Source: Halothiobacillus sp. (GTDB taxonomy: Bacteria > Pseudomonadota > Gammaproteobacteria > JAAZVP01). Taken from it: 64,000 nt of DNA. Below are positions 39,987 to 51,538 of this stretch, in pieces. The notes under the pieces are model-generated. The model worked only from the letters and a program-made list of their open reading frames with translations. It was not told where the DNA came from and did no database searches. How positions within the stretch are numbered: the stretch's first letter is position 1; each line of letters starts with the position of its first letter. The stretch covers positions 55,991 to 119,990 of the forward strand of contig JAAZVP010000001.1 in NCBI GenBank assembly GCA_018623495.1, read 5' to 3'. The position numbers and the translations under genes were made by a program.

Positions 39987-40855
39987 CCATGAAAAGGACC
40001 GCGATCACACTGCTCGCCTGCCTGGCCGCGGGGGCCGGGCAGGCCGTTGCCGGCAACACCGAGACCGCCTGGACGACCGGCGGGTTCGAACAGCCCGAGT
40101 CGGTACTGGCCGACCCGGTGCGCCGCGAGCTCTACGTCTCCAACGTCGCCGGCGTGCCCGACGAGAAGGACGGGCGCGGTTTCATCTCGCGCATGAGCGA
40201 GGACGGCCGGGTGCTGGAGCGCGAATGGGTCGATGGCCTGAACGCCCCGAAGGGCATGGCCCTGTTCCGCGGGCGGCTCTATGTCAGCGACATCGACCGG
40301 CTGGTGGTGATCGACGTGGCCGACGGGGCGATCGTCGCCGAGTACCCGGCCCCCGGCGCCCGGTTTCTCAATGACGTCACCGTGGACGACGCCGGGCGGG
40401 TCTACTGCTCGGACATGATGGCCAATACCCTCTACCGGCTGGCGGACGGCGAGTTCGCCGTCTGGATGCGCGATCCCGCGCTGCTCTCGCCCAACGGCCT
40501 GCTGGCCGAGGGCGAGCGGCTGGTGGCCGGCGCCTGGGGCCGGCGCAGCGAGGGTTTCGCCACCGAGCACCCCGGCTACCTGCAGTCCGTGCCACTGGAC
40601 GGGGGCGCCGTCCAGCCGCTGGGCGAGGGCAGGCCGGCGGCCCATGTCGACGGCATCGTCAGCGACGGCGGCGACGGCTATTTCGTCACCGACTGGAAGG
40701 CCGGCAAGCTCTTCCATGCCGATGCCCGCGGCGAACTCACGCTGGTGGAGACCCTGGAACCGGGCAGCGCCGATCTCGGCCGCCTGCCGGTGCAGGGAAC
40801 GCTGCTGGTGCCACTGATGCAGAGCGGCCAGGTCGTGGCCCTCGATCCCGAGTGA
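39983..40855 (+). CDS. Secreted hypothetical β-propeller protein (SMP-30/gluconolactonase/LRE-like repeats)
   Basis: Signal peptide [21 protein letters not shown]. Repeated blade-like segments (..LYVSDI.., ..VYCSDM.., ..YFVTDW..). Confidence 0.55.
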   Translation: MTMKRTAITLLACLAAGAGQAVAGNTETAWTTGGFEQPESVLADPVRRELYVSNVAGVPDEKDGRGFISRMSEDGRVLEREWVDGLNAPKGMALFRGRLYVSDIDRLVVIDVADGAIVAEYPAPGARFLNDVTVDDAGRVYCSDMMANTLYRLADGEFAVWMRDPALLSPNGLLAEGERLVAGAWGRRSEGFATEHPGYLQSVPLDGGAVQPLGEGRPAAHVDGIVSDGGDGYFVTDWKAGKLFHADARGELTLVETLEPGSADLGRLPVQGTLLVPLMQSGQVVALDPE

Positions 40856-40881
40856 AGAACCCATTGCAAGGCACTGATTCG

Positions 40882-41967
40882 ATGAGCAAAAAGATACTGG
40901 TTATGCCCGGTGACGGGATCGGGCCCGAGATCGTCGCCGAGGCCCGCAAGGTCCTGGATTTCCTGGCCGCCGAGCGGGGCCTGGACGTGGTGATCGACGA
41001 GGCCCCCATCGGCGGTGCGGGCCATGACGCCGCCGGCCACCCGCTGCCCGAGGCCACCCTGGAAAAGGCCCGGGCGGCCGACGCCCTGCTGCTGGGCGCG
41101 GTGGGTGGCCCCCGCTACGAGAAACTGGAGCGCCACCTGCGCCCCGAGCGGGGCCTGCTGGGCATCCGCGCGGAGCTCGAGCTGTTCGCCAACCTGCGCC
41201 CCGCCATCCTCTATCCCCAGCTGGCCGGGGCCTCCACCCTGCGCGCCGAGGTGGTGGCCGGGCTGGACGTGATGATCGTGCGTGAACTCACCGGCGGTAT
41301 CTACTTCGGCCAGCCGCGGGGCATCGAGACGCTCGCAGACGGTCAGCGCAAGGGCTTCAATACCCTGGTCTATACCGAGGCCGAGATCGAGCGCATCGGC
41401 CGCTCGGCCTTCGAGACCGCGGCCAAGCGCGGCGGCCGGCTCTGCTCGGTGGACAAGGCCAACGTGCTCGAGGTCTCCGAGCTCTGGCGCGAGGTGATGG
41501 AGCGACTCGCGCCGGAGTACCCGGACGTCGAGCTCTCGCACATGTACGTGGACAATGCCGCCATGCAGCTGGTGCGCGATCCCCGCCAGTTCGACGTGAT
41601 CGTCACCACCAACCTGTTCGGCGACATCCTCTCGGATGCCGCGGCCATGCTCACCGGTTCCATCGGCATGCTGCCCTCGGCGTCGCTGAACGCCTCCGGG
41701 CAAGGCATGTACGAGCCCATCCACGGTTCGGCACCCGATATCGCCGGCCAGGGCAAGGCCAATCCGCTGGCCACGGTCCTGTCGGTGGCGATGATGTTGC
41801 GTTACAGTCTGTCCCAATCGGCCATGGCCGACGCCATCGAGGCCGCCGTCGGGCAGGTCCTGGATCGCGGACTGCGCACGCCCGACATCGCGGCCGAGGG
41901 CGAGGCGACCGTGGGCACCGCCGCCATGGGCGATGCCGTGGTCGAGGCCCTCGCGGCGTCGGACTGA
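40882..41967 (+). CDS. leuB: 3-isopropylmalate dehydrogenase
   Basis: [27 protein letters not shown] motif. Confidence 0.93.
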   Translation: MSKKILVMPGDGIGPEIVAEARKVLDFLAAERGLDVVIDEAPIGGAGHDAAGHPLPEATLEKARAADALLLGAVGGPRYEKLERHLRPERGLLGIRAELELFANLRPAILYPQLAGASTLRAEVVAGLDVMIVRELTGGIYFGQPRGIETLADGQRKGFNTLVYTEAEIERIGRSAFETAAKRGGRLCSVDKANVLEVSELWREVMERLAPEYPDVELSHMYVDNAAMQLVRDPRQFDVIVTTNLFGDILSDAAAMLTGSIGMLPSASLNASGQGMYEPIHGSAPDIAGQGKANPLATVLSVAMMLRYSLSQSAMADAIEAAVGQVLDRGLRTPDIAAEGEATVGTAAMGDAVVEALAASD

Positions 41968-42004
41968 TCGGCCCAACGAATCGCAAAAGCCCAGGGAGTT
42001 ATCG

Positions 42005-43027
42005 ATGAGCCAGACTTACGATGTCGCCGTCGTCGGCGCCACCGGCGCGGTGGGCGAGACCATGCTCGAGATCCTCGCCCAGCGCAATTTCCCGGTGGGC
42101 AGGGTCTACCCGCTGGCCAGCGCCCGGTCGGCCGGCAAGAAGGTGGCTTTCGGCGACACCTACCTGACCGTCGAGGATCTCGACAGCTTCGACTTCTCGC
42201 AGGTCCAGATCGGCCTGTTCTCCGCCGGCGGCAGTATCTCCGCGGAATACGCCCCCAAGGCGGCCGCGGCCGGCTGCGTGGTGATCGACAACACCTCGCA
42301 CTATCGTTACGACGACGATGTCCCGCTGGTGGTGCCCGAGGTGAACCCCCACGCCATCGCCGAGCACAAGACCCGCAACATCATCGCCAATCCCAACTGC
42401 TCGACCATCCAGATGATGGTGGCGCTCAAGCCGCTGCACGACGCGGCGGGCATCGAGCGCATCAACGTGGCGACCTACCAGGCGGTTTCCGGCTCCGGCA
42501 AGGAGGCGATCGAGGAGCTCGCCACCCAGAGTGCGGGCCGGCTCAACGGCCAGGATATCGAGTGCGAGGTCTACCCCAAGCCGATCGCCTTCAACTGCCT
42601 GCCCCACATCGACGTCTTCCAGGACAACGGCTATACCAAGGAAGAGATGAAGATGGTCTGGGAGACGCACAAGATCATGGAAGCGCCGGAGATCCGGGTG
42701 AATCCCACGGCAGTCCGCGTGCCCGTCTTCTATGGTCATTCCGAGGCCATCCACATCGAGACCCGCGACAAGCTCGGCGCGGAAAGGGCGCGGGAACTGC
42801 TCGAGGCCCAGGAGGGCGTGGTCGTGCTCGACACCCGCGAGGACGGGGGGTATCCCACCGCGGTGACCGAGGGCGCGACCACCGATCCGGTGTACGTGGG
42901 TCGCATCCGCGAGGACATCTCCCACGAGCGCGGACTGAACCTCTGGGTGGTGGCCGACAACGTGCGCAAGGGCGCGGCCCTCAACAGCGTGCAGATCGCC
43001 GAGGTTTTGATTAAGAATTACCTCTAA
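42005..43027 (+). CDS. asd: Aspartate-semialdehyde dehydrogenase
   Basis: VAVVGATGAVG NAD(P)-binding motif. Active-site Cys in IIANPNCSTIQ. Confidence 0.93.
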   Translation: MSQTYDVAVVGATGAVGETMLEILAQRNFPVGRVYPLASARSAGKKVAFGDTYLTVEDLDSFDFSQVQIGLFSAGGSISAEYAPKAAAAGCVVIDNTSHYRYDDDVPLVVPEVNPHAIAEHKTRNIIANPNCSTIQMMVALKPLHDAAGIERINVATYQAVSGSGKEAIEELATQSAGRLNGQDIECEVYPKPIAFNCLPHIDVFQDNGYTKEEMKMVWETHKIMEAPEIRVNPTAVRVPVFYGHSEAIHIETRDKLGAERARELLEAQEGVVVLDTREDGGYPTAVTEGATTDPVYVGRIREDISHERGLNLWVVADNVRKGAALNSVQIAEVLIKNYL

Positions 43028-43199
43028 AATATAGTGGTGATCGCTCGGATGAAGGGGCAAACGGTTACCCCGACCGGCCAGGCCGATGGCCGGGAGCAAC
43101 GAGGGGCCCGCTCATACCGTTTCGTCCGCGATCCAGGGGTGGGCGGGATTGCCGCCGGCCATCAATCGCATGGAAATCGTCAAAAGGGAGAATGGTCTG

Positions 43200-45719
43200 A
43201 TGCGTAAACTCGCGCTGGCGGCGGCCTGCTCGACACTCATCGTGTCTCAGTCCGCGAGTGCACTCGGACTCGGCAAGATCGCGACGCACTCGTATCTCAA
43301 TCAGCCGCTCGAGGCGGACATCAGTCTGCTCTCCCTGACCGCGGAAGAACGGGACTCGCTAGAGGTCCGCCTCGCCGGTCCCGAGGCCTACGAGAAGGCC
43401 GGTATCCCGCGGCCCCAGCTGCTCAACCGCGTGGATGTCGGGCTCCGGGAAGGTCCCGGCGGCCAGCCGGTGATCGCCCTGCGATCCGATCGTCCCATCG
43501 TCGAGCCCTTCGTCAGCTTCCTGGTCGAGGTGGAGTGGGCCGAAGGGCGGCTGTTGCGCGAGTACACGGTGCTCCTCGATCCGCCGACCCTGGTGCCCGA
43601 GGAGAAGCCCGACGTCCAGGCCCCGGCCAGCGAAGGGGGCCAGGGCGGGACGGCGGACCGTTACGGCCCCGTCACCGGCCGGGATTCGCTCTGGGCGATC
43701 GCCCGGCAGACGCGGCCGGGGAGCGACATCGGCATCCACCAGATGATGATCGCCCTGCAGCGTGCCAACCCCGACGCCTTCATCGACGGCAACGTCAACC
43801 TGCTGCGCGAGGGCGTGACCCTCGAGGTGCCCGACCGGGCCACCATCGAGGCCATCGATGCCGCCGAGGCGCAGGCGGAGTTCCGGCGCCAGACCGAGGC
43901 CTGGGAGGCGGGTCGCGCCGGGGCCGAGGCGCCCGCCGGGCCGGAAGCGGCGGGCACCGCCCCGGCCGGCGAGCCGGCCACGGGCGACGCGGAAGGGCCG
44001 GCGACGGCGGATGCCGCCACGCCGGAGGCGAGCGATACCGTCCCCGAGGGGGAAGGCGAGCAACCGGCGGAGGAGCCCGGGGAGAAGGTGGCCACGGACG
44101 ACGAGCTGCGGATCGTGGCCCCGGAGGGCGAGGCCGGCGAGGCCGGTGAAGGGGCCGCGACCGACCAGGCGACCCGGGCCGAGATCGGTGCGCTCCAGGA
44201 AGAGCTGACCATGGTTCGCGAGCTCGCCGAGGCGCGCCGGGCCGAGAACGAGCGGCTCAACGAACGGCTGGGCCGGCTCGAGGAGCAGCTCTCCAGGATG
44301 GAACGGCTGATCGAGCTCAAGGACGACGAGCTTGCCGAGCTGCAGGAGGCCTTGCGCGAGCAGGCCGCCGCGCCGACCCCGGCGCCGACGGCCCCGGCCG
44401 AATCCCCGCAGGAGACCGCTCCCACCGGCGCAATGGCCCTGTTGATGAATCCCGTGGTCACCGCCGCGCTGGGTGCCGGCGTGGTCGCGCTGTTGTTCCT
44501 CGGCCTGCTGGCACGGCGCCGTGGCGGCGAAGAGCCGGCCGAGGTGGTGGCCGCGCCGCGACCGGAACCGGTGGCGGAAGAGGGTTCACGGGGCGCGGCA
44601 CCGGCGGCCGAGAGCGTGTCCGAGCCGGACGCGGCCGTGGACGAGGCGCCCCCGGCCGAGGGCGAGGCCGAGGTGCTCGACGAGGCCGAGGTGATGCTCG
44701 CCTACGGGCTCAACGAGCGGGCCGTCCAGCTGCTCGACGAGGCGATCGCCGAGGAGCCCGACAACCTGGATTACCGGGCCAAGCTGCTCGAGGTCCTGCA
44801 CCGGGACGGCAACACCGAGCGCTTCCTGACCGAGGCGCGGGCGTTCGGCGAGCTGCCGGGCGCCACCGGCTCCCGGGCCTGGCAGCGAATCACCGAGATG
44901 GGCCGGGAACTGTTGCCCGGCGAGTCCCTGTTCGCCGGGGAAAGCGCGGGCGAGGCCGAGTCGGATGTCGACGCGGCGATGGAGAGCGGTGCCGAGGCCC
45001 TGGGCGTGGAATTGCCCGACATGGAGAAGCCCGCTTCCCGCGAAGAACGCCCCGAGGAGGAGACACCGGTCGAACCGGCCGCCAGCGAGGGCGTGGAGGA
45101 GCCGACCGCGCCCGCCGAGGGACGTCGCGACTACGACATCTCCGAGCTCGAGAACCTGGACTTCGGGGAGCTCGAGCGCGAGGTGGGCGGCGAGCCGCCG
45201 AGTGCCGGCGAGACGACCGAGGAGGCGTCGTCGGTGGAGGACCTCGGCCTGGGCTTCGAGGAGCCGCAGGCGGAGACCCCCGTCGAGCCAGCGGGCTTGG
45301 CGGGCCCGGAAGACACGGCGGGGGAGGTCCCGGAAGCGCCCGAGACCGAGGCGGTCGAGCCCGCGGAGACGTCCGTGGACGAGGGGCTCGAGCTGGAGGC
45401 CGCCGAGCTCGAGATGCCGGAGCCCGAAGAGTCGCGGGAAGCGGCCCCCGCGGCTACCCCGGAGGGGGCCGAGTTCGGCGAGAGCCTCGAGTTGTCCGAG
45501 GCCGAGGAGACCGAGCCGAGGGCCGAAGACCGTGCCGGAGAAGACGAGGGAGGCATGTCGCTGGGTGCCGACGAGCTCGACACCAAGCTCGACCTGGCGC
45601 GCGCCTTTATCGACATGGGCGACGCGGAAGGGGCGCGTGCCACCCTCCAGGAGGTCATCGACGGTGGCGATGCCAGCCACCGGGAGCAGGCCGAGGCGCT
45701 GCTCAAGCGACTCGACTGA
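43200..45719 (+). CDS. fimV: FimV-like type IV pilus / polar-landmark protein (signal peptide, LysM-like N-domain, highly acidic middle, TM helix, C-terminal FimV TPR-like module)
   Basis: Sits after asd and before truA, as in Pseudomonas. LysM-like YGPVTGRDSLWAIARQ. TM helix ALLMNPVVTAALGAGVVALLFLGLLA. C-terminal LDLARAFIDMGDAEGARATLQEVIDGGDASHREQAEALLKRLD. The acidic E/A/P repeats are extreme. Confidence 0.8.
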   Translation: MRKLALAAACSTLIVSQSASALGLGKIATHSYLNQPLEADISLLSLTAEERDSLEVRLAGPEAYEKAGIPRPQLLNRVDVGLREGPGGQPVIALRSDRPIVEPFVSFLVEVEWAEGRLLREYTVLLDPPTLVPEEKPDVQAPASEGGQGGTADRYGPVTGRDSLWAIARQTRPGSDIGIHQMMIALQRANPDAFIDGNVNLLREGVTLEVPDRATIEAIDAAEAQAEFRRQTEAWEAGRAGAEAPAGPEAAGTAPAGEPATGDAEGPATADAATPEASDTVPEGEGEQPAEEPGEKVATDDELRIVAPEGEAGEAGEGAATDQATRAEIGALQEELTMVRELAEARRAENERLNERLGRLEEQLSRMERLIELKDDELAELQEALREQAAAPTPAPTAPAESPQETAPTGAMALLMNPVVTAALGAGVVALLFLGLLARRRGGEEPAEVVAAPRPEPVAEEGSRGAAPAAESVSEPDAAVDEAPPAEGEAEVLDEAEVMLAYGLNERAVQLLDEAIAEEPDNLDYRAKLLEVLHRDGNTERFLTEARAFGELPGATGSRAWQRITEMGRELLPGESLFAGESAGEAESDVDAAMESGAEALGVELPDMEKPASREERPEEETPVEPAASEGVEEPTAPAEGRRDYDISELENLDFGELEREVGGEPPSAGETTEEASSVEDLGLGFEEPQAETPVEPAGLAGPEDTAGEVPEAPETEAVEPAETSVDEGLELEAAELEMPEPEESREAAPAATPEGAEFGESLELSEAEETEPRAEDRAGEDEGGMSLGADELDTKLDLARAFIDMGDAEGARATLQEVIDGGDASHREQAEALLKRLD

Positions 45720-45744
45720 GGCGCTCGACCCCGCCCTTTGGCCG

Positions 45745-45782
45745 AAGGCCAGCAGGCGCGCCTGCTGGCCTTCGCTGTTTTG
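45745..45782 (+). terminator. Rho-independent terminator after fimV
   Basis: A perfect 14-bp palindrome AAGGCCAGCAGGCG|CGCCTGCTGGCCTT followed by cgcTGTTTTG. Confidence 0.6.
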
Positions 45783-45858
45783 GGGGCCGCGAAACCCTTT
45801 GCATGCGCGGCGCCGAGGCAGGAGAATCCCGCTCTTTCGGGAAACCGGGACGGCGAAA

Positions 45859-46638
45859 ATGAAGGTCGCGCTCAAACTGGAATACGACGGCACGCGCTAC
45901 CATGGCTGGCAGGGTCAGCAGGGCGTGGCGACCGTCCAGGCGGAGGTGGAGCGGGCGTTGTCGAGAGTGGCCGATGCGCCGGTGGAGGTGGTCTGTGCCG
46001 GGCGTACCGATGCCGGTGTGCATGCCACCGGGCAGGTGGTCCACTTCGAGACGGGCGCCGAGCGTGCACCTCGATCCTGGGTCCTGGGGGCCAACAGCAA
46101 CCTGCCGGCCGACGTCTCGGTGGTGGGCTGTCAGCCGGTGGAGGCGGATTTCCACGCGCGCTTCTCGGCGGTTCGCCGGGCGTATCGCTACGTGATCCTC
46201 AATCGCTGGGTCCGTTCGGCCGTCCACGGCCCCCGGGTCACCTGGTGGCACCGGCCGCTGGATGTGGAACGCATGCGCGCTGCCTCGACGGTGCTTTTGG
46301 GCACCCATGACTTCACCAGCTTCCGGGCCAGCGAATGCCAGGCGAAGAGCCCGGTGCGCACGCTGGAGCGGCTCGAGATCAGCCGCAGCGGGGATTTCAT
46401 TCACGTGGACGTGCAGGCCAATGCCTTTCTCCACCACATGGTGCGCAATCTGGTCGGCAGCCTGCTGCTGGTGGGGCAGGGCGACCGCGACGGCGACTGG
46501 CTGGCCGCGGCGCTCGAGGCAAGGGATCGCCGGCGGGCCGGCATGACGGCGCCGGCGCGGGGCCTCTACCTGGTGGGCGTGGGTTACCCCGAACGCTTCG
46601 CCGTCGACGGCGAGGGCGTGCTGCCGGCCTTCGGCTGA
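45859..46638 (+). CDS. truA: tRNA pseudouridine(38-40) synthase
   Basis: MKVALKLEYDGTRYHGWQ. Catalytic Asp in GRTDAGVHA. Confidence 0.92.
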   Translation: MKVALKLEYDGTRYHGWQGQQGVATVQAEVERALSRVADAPVEVVCAGRTDAGVHATGQVVHFETGAERAPRSWVLGANSNLPADVSVVGCQPVEADFHARFSAVRRAYRYVILNRWVRSAVHGPRVTWWHRPLDVERMRAASTVLLGTHDFTSFRASECQAKSPVRTLERLEISRSGDFIHVDVQANAFLHHMVRNLVGSLLLVGQGDRDGDWLAAALEARDRRRAGMTAPARGLYLVGVGYPERFAVDGEGVLPAFG

Positions 46639-46689
46639 AGGCGGCCGGGGTCTGGTAGAATGCAGGGCGCTTTCACCGGAGAGGTGTCG

Positions 46690-47322
46690 ATGGAGACGAG
46701 AACGCGGGTCAAGATTTGCGGGATCACCGATCCCGAGGACGGGCGCCGGGCCGCCATGCTCGGGGTCGATGCCATCGGCCTGGTCTTCCACCCCGACAGC
46801 CCGCGTGCCCTGGAAACCGCTCGGGCCCGGGAAATCGTCGCGGCCCTGCCGCCGTTCGTCACCTCGGTCGCGCTCTTCCTCGACCCGGAACCCACACGGG
46901 TCGAGCGTGTGCTGGAGACCGTGCGCCCGGATATGCTGCAGTTCCACGGCAGCGAGAGCGCGGCCTTCTGCGAGGGTTTCGGCGTGCCCTACCTCAAGGC
47001 GATCGCCATGGGCGGAGAGACCGGGCCCGAGGCACAGATCAACGCGCATCCGGCGGCCAGCGGTTACCTGCTCGACAGCCACGTGCTGGGCGGAGCCGGG
47101 GGCAGCGGGCAGGCCTTCGACTGGACCCGGGTGCCTTCCACCGCACCGGGCCGGATGATCATCGCCGGCGGCCTGGCACCGGGCAACGTGGCCCGGGCGA
47201 TCGCCGAGACCTGCCCCTACGGGGTGGACGTGAGCAGTGGTGTGGAATCGGCGCCGGGGATCAAGGACCACGGCAAGATGGCGGCATTCATTCACGAGGT
47301 GAATCATGGCAACGGCGACTGA
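46690..47322 (+). CDS. trpF: Phosphoribosylanthranilate isomerase
   Basis: VKICGIT...LQFHGSE... TIM-barrel PRAI motifs. Confidence 0.88.
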   Translation: METRTRVKICGITDPEDGRRAAMLGVDAIGLVFHPDSPRALETARAREIVAALPPFVTSVALFLDPEPTRVERVLETVRPDMLQFHGSESAAFCEGFGVPYLKAIAMGGETGPEAQINAHPAASGYLLDSHVLGGAGGSGQAFDWTRVPSTAPGRMIIAGGLAPGNVARAIAETCPYGVDVSSGVESAPGIKDHGKMAAFIHEVNHGNGD

Positions 47323-48517
47323 TCGGGTGCGGCTGCCCGACGAGAACGGACATTTCGGCATCTTCGGCGGCCGCTTCATCCCCGAGACCCTCATGGGCCC
47401 GGTGGAGGAACTGCGCGAGGCCTACGAGAAATACCTGGCCGACCCGGCCTTCCTGGCCGAGCTGGACGCCGACCTGGCCGACTACGTCGGCCGCCCGTCG
47501 CCGATCTACCATGCCACCAACCTCTCGGAGAAGGTCGGTGGCGCGCAGATCTATTTCAAGCGCGAGGATCTCAACCACACCGGCGCGCACAAGGTGAACA
47601 ACGCCATCGGCCAGGCCCTGCTGGCCAAGCGCATGGGCAAGACCCGCATCATCGCCGAGACCGGCGCCGGCCAACACGGCGTGGCCACGGCCACGGTGGC
47701 CGCGCGCCTGGGGCTGGAGTGCGTCGTCTACATGGGGGCCGAGGACGTCGAGCGGCAGAAGGCCAACGTCTTCCGCATGCGCCTGCTGGGCGCCCGCGTG
47801 GTGCCGGTGGAATCCGGCAGCCGCACGCTCAAGGATGCCCTCAACGAGGCGATGCGCGACTGGGTCACCCACATCGACGACACCTTCTACATCATCGGCA
47901 CGGTCGCGGGTCCGCATCCCTACCCGGCGATGGTGCGCGACTTCCAGTCGGTGATCGGCCGCGAATCCCGCCGCCAGATGCTCGACAAGACCGGGCGCCT
48001 GCCGGACGCCCTGGTGGCCTGCGTGGGCGGCGGCTCCAACGCCATCGGCCTGTTCCACCCGTTCCTGGACGACGAGCAGGTGGCCCTCTACGGCGTCGAG
48101 GCCGGCGGCGACGGGGTCGAGACCGGCCGCCACTCGGCGCCCCTGAGTGCCGGCCGCCCGGGCGTGCTGCACGGCAACCGGACCTACATCATGGAGGACG
48201 CCCGCGGCCAGATCATCGGCACCCACTCGATCTCGGCGGGGCTCGACTACCCCGGCGTGGGCCCCGAGCACAGCTGGCTCAAGGACAGCGGCAGGGCGCA
48301 CTACGTGGCCGTCAACGACGACCAGGCGGTGCGCGCCTTCCACGAGGTGACGCTGACCGAGGGCATCATGCCGGCCCTGGAGACCGCCCATGCGCTCAGT
48401 TACGCGATGACGCTGGCCGGCGAGATGGAGCGCGAGCAGAGCATCCTGGTCAACTTCTCCGGCCGGGGCGACAAGGACATGGAGACCGTGGCGAAGATGG
48501 AGGGTTGGGAGCTGTGA
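47306..48517 (+). CDS. trpB: Tryptophan synthase β chain
   Basis: PLP-binding motif [17 protein letters not shown]. Confidence 0.95.
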   Translation: MATATDRVRLPDENGHFGIFGGRFIPETLMGPVEELREAYEKYLADPAFLAELDADLADYVGRPSPIYHATNLSEKVGGAQIYFKREDLNHTGAHKVNNAIGQALLAKRMGKTRIIAETGAGQHGVATATVAARLGLECVVYMGAEDVERQKANVFRMRLLGARVVPVESGSRTLKDALNEAMRDWVTHIDDTFYIIGTVAGPHPYPAMVRDFQSVIGRESRRQMLDKTGRLPDALVACVGGGSNAIGLFHPFLDDEQVALYGVEAGGDGVETGRHSAPLSAGRPGVLHGNRTYIMEDARGQIIGTHSISAGLDYPGVGPEHSWLKDSGRAHYVAVNDDQAVRAFHEVTLTEGIMPALETAHALSYAMTLAGEMEREQSILVNFSGRGDKDMETVAKMEGWEL

Positions 48518-49320
48518 GTCGGATCGGCGAAGTCTTCGAGCAGTGCAGGGCGGCGAATCGCGCCGCGCTGGTGCCCTACGTCACCGCCGGCGACCCGCGC
48601 CCGGGCGATACCGTGGACCTGATGCACGCCATGGTCGCCGCCGGGGCGGACGTGATCGAGCTGGGGATGCCGTTTTCCGATCCCATCGCCGACGGGCCGG
48701 TGATCCAGAAGGCCCACGAGCGGGCGCTCAAGCACAGCGTGGGCGTCCACGACGTGCTCGACATGGTGCGCGAGTTCCGCCGCGAGGACGGCGACACCCC
48801 GGTGGTGCTGATGGGGTATCTCAACCCCATCGAGTACATGGGCGTGGACGTCTTCGCCAGCGGGGCCGCCGACGCGGGCGTGGACGGGGTCCTGGTGGTG
48901 GATGCGCCGCCGGAGGAATCCGCCGACCTGCACCGGGCCATCGAGAGCCGGGGCATGGACAGCATCTTCCTGGTCTCCCCGACCACCAGCGACGAGCGCA
49001 TCGGCATCATCGGCCGGGTCTGCGCGGGTTATGTCTACTATGTCTCGGTGAAGGGCGTGACCGGGGCGAGTGGCACCGACTGGGGCGCGGTCGCCGAGCG
49101 GGTGGACAACCTGCGCCGCCTGGTGGACCTGCCGGTGGGCGTGGGCTTCGGCATCGGCACCCCGGAAGACGCCGCCAGCGTGGGACGTTTCGCCGACGCC
49201 GCGATCGTCGGTTCGGCGGTGATCCGCCTGATCGAGGCCCACGGTGACGACCGCGAGGCCATGCTGAAGGCCATCCGCGACCTGCTCGCCGGCATGCGCC
49301 GGGCCATGGACGCCGGCTGA
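48514..49320 (+). CDS. trpA: Tryptophan synthase α chain
   Basis: GTG start overlapping the trpB stop (GTGA). [28 protein letters not shown]. The upstream part of the track ORF (47719-) is rejected. Confidence 0.9.
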   Translation: MSRIGEVFEQCRAANRAALVPYVTAGDPRPGDTVDLMHAMVAAGADVIELGMPFSDPIADGPVIQKAHERALKHSVGVHDVLDMVREFRREDGDTPVVLMGYLNPIEYMGVDVFASGAADAGVDGVLVVDAPPEESADLHRAIESRGMDSIFLVSPTTSDERIGIIGRVCAGYVYYVSVKGVTGASGTDWGAVAERVDNLRRLVDLPVGVGFGIGTPEDAASVGRFADAAIVGSAVIRLIEAHGDDREAMLKAIRDLLAGMRRAMDAG

Positions 49321-49361
49321 GGCCGGTGGACGAAGAACCCAGGGGATAGACGGGACACGAG

Positions 49362-50225
49362 ATGAGCTGGTTCGAGAAACTGATTCCTTCCACCATCCGC
49401 ACCGAGGGCGGCTCCAAGAAGAGCGTTCCCGAGGGCCTGTGGTCCAAGTGCGATGCCTGTGACGGCATCCTCTACAAGGGCGAGCTGGAGCGTAACCTGC
49501 TGGTCTGCCCCAAGTGTGGTCACCACATGCGCATCGGTGCCCGGTCCCGTCTCGAGCATTTCCTCGACGAGGGGGACCGCGAGGAGATCGGTGCCGAGCT
49601 CTCACCGGTGGACGCGCTCAAGTTCCGCGACAGCAAGAAGTACCGCGACCGGATCGGCCAGGCGCAGAAGAAGACCGGCGAGAAGGACGCCCTGATCGCC
49701 TACCGGGGCAGCCTCAAGGGCATGCCGGTCGTGGGCTGTGCCTTCGAGTTCGCCTTCATGGGCGGCTCCATGGGCTCGGTGGTGGGCGAGCGCTTCGTGC
49801 GCGCGGTGGACACCGCCATCGAACACCGGGCGCCGCTGGTCACCTTCACCGCGAGCGGCGGGGCGCGCATGCAGGAGGCCCTGATCTCGTTGATGCAGAT
49901 GGCCAAGACCAGCGCCGCGGTCGCCCACCTGCGCCGGCGCGGTCTGCCCTTCGTGGTCGTGCTCACCCACCCGACCATGGGCGGCGTCTCGGCGAGCCTG
50001 GCGATGCTCGGTGACGTGCACATCGCCGAGCCGGACGCCCTGATCGGCTTCGCCGGGCCGCGGGTCATCGAGCAGACCGTGCGCGAGAAGCTCCCCGAGG
50101 GCTTCCAGCGCTCGGAGTTCCTCCTCGAGCACGGGGCGGTGGACATGATCGTCGATCGCCGCGAGCACCGCGACGAGATCCACCGCCTGCTGGCCACGCT
50201 CACCCACCGGACCGGCCGGGCCTGA
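49362..50225 (+). CDS. accD: Acetyl-CoA carboxylase carboxyltransferase β subunit
   Basis: N-terminal zinc ribbon CDACDG...CPKCGHH. Carboxyltransferase domain. Confidence 0.92.
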   Translation: MSWFEKLIPSTIRTEGGSKKSVPEGLWSKCDACDGILYKGELERNLLVCPKCGHHMRIGARSRLEHFLDEGDREEIGAELSPVDALKFRDSKKYRDRIGQAQKKTGEKDALIAYRGSLKGMPVVGCAFEFAFMGGSMGSVVGERFVRAVDTAIEHRAPLVTFTASGGARMQEALISLMQMAKTSAAVAHLRRRGLPFVVVLTHPTMGGVSASLAMLGDVHIAEPDALIGFAGPRVIEQTVREKLPEGFQRSEFLLEHGAVDMIVDRREHRDEIHRLLATLTHRTGRA

Positions 50226-50260
50226 ACCCGTACCCCGGCGGGCGAGGGCCGGTCGAACGC

Positions 50261-51538
50261 ATGCGATTCCGCCGACTGCAAGACTGGCTGGCCTGGCAGG
50301 AAGGCCTGCACGGGCAGGAGATCGAGCTGGGCCTGGAGCGCGTGGGCCGCGTGCTCGAGGCGATGGGGCCGGCGGCGAGGCCCGCGCCGCGGGTGATCAC
50401 CGTGGGCGGCACCAATGGCAAGGGTTCCACGGTCGCCCTCCTGGAAGCGGTCCTCGGGGCCGCCGGTTACCGGGTCGGCAGCTACACTTCCCCCCACCTG
50501 CTGCGCTACAACGAGCGCGTACGCCTGGACGTCGAACCGGTGGACGATGCGGCGCTCTGCCACGCCTTCGCGGCCGTGGACCGGGCCCGGGGCGACACGC
50601 CCCTGACCTATTTCGAGTTCGGCACGCTGGCGGCACTGGAGATCCTCGCCGGGGCCAGCGTGGACGTGGCGATCCTCGAGGTGGGCCTGGGCGGGCGGCT
50701 GGACGCGGTCAACGCGGTCGATCCCGACGTGGCGCTGGTGACCAACGTGGCCCTCGACCACCAGGCCTGGCTGGGCGAGGACCTCGCCAGCATCGCGGCC
50801 GAGAAGGCCGGCATCCTGAGAGCCGGCCGCCCGGCCGTGCTGGCCGACCCGGCGCTGCCGCGGGCCGTCTTCGAGGCGAGCGGGGCGATCCTCCGGCGGG
50901 CCGGGCGCGATTACACCTGGCGGGCCGAGGACGACGGCTGGGAGTGGCGCGGCCGGGGCCCGGCGCATCGCCTGCCGCTGCCGGCCCTGCCCGGGGCGCA
51001 CCAGCTGGCCAATGCCGCGGGTGCGCTGGCGGCCCTCGAGACCCTGGCCGAGGACCTGCCGGTGGACCCGGCCGCGATCGGCGCGGGATTGCGCAGCGTG
51101 CAGGCGCCGGGTCGCTTCCAGCGGGTGGCCGAGGCCCCCGCCGTGGTCCTCGACGTCGGCCACAACCCGCACGCGGCCCGGGGGCTGGCGAAGGCGCTGG
51201 CGGCCGAGCCCGTGGCGGGGCGCAACCTCGCCGTCTGCGCCACCTTCGCCGACAAGGATCGCCGCGGGATCGTCGACGCCCTGGCGGGCGCCTTCGATGC
51301 CTGGTTCGTGGCACCGCTGGAGGGGCCGCGAGGCGAGGGTGGCGAGTCGCTCGCGGCGATCGTCGAGCGGCAGACGGCGCTGCCGGTCGATTCCTGCGCC
51401 TCGCCGGAAGCGGCCCTGGCGGCGGCGCTGGAGCAGGCCGCGCCCGGGGACCGCGTGGTGGTGTTCGGTTCCTTCCAGACCGCGGCGGCGGCCGCGCAGA
51501 TGATCGGCCAGAACCGGAGGACGACCGATGGAGAATAG
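50261..51538 (+). CDS. folC: Bifunctional folylpolyglutamate synthase / dihydrofolate synthase
   Basis: P-loop VGGTNGKGST. Mur-ligase fold. Confidence 0.88.
   Translation: MRFRRLQDWLAWQEGLHGQEIELGLERVGRVLEAMGPAARPAPRVITVGGTNGKGSTVALLEAVLGAAGYRVGSYTSPHLLRYNERVRLDVEPVDDAALCHAFAAVDRARGDTPLTYFEFGTLAALEILAGASVDVAILEVGLGGRLDAVNAVDPDVALVTNVALDHQAWLGEDLASIAAEKAGILRAGRPAVLADPALPRAVFEASGAILRRAGRDYTWRAEDDGWEWRGRGPAHRLPLPALPGAHQLANAAGALAALETLAEDLPVDPAAIGAGLRSVQAPGRFQRVAEAPAVVLDVGHNPHAARGLAKALAAEPVAGRNLAVCATFADKDRRGIVDALAGAFDAWFVAPLEGPRGEGGESLAAIVERQTALPVDSCASPEAALAAALEQAAPGDRVVVFGSFQTAAAAAQMIGQNRRTTDGE

Noticed and set aside
45738-46310. 190-aa plus-strand ORF starting inside the fimV terminator and running through truA in another frame.
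   Set aside because: It begins within the palindromic terminator and overlaps the strongly supported truA. The sequence is low-complexity.
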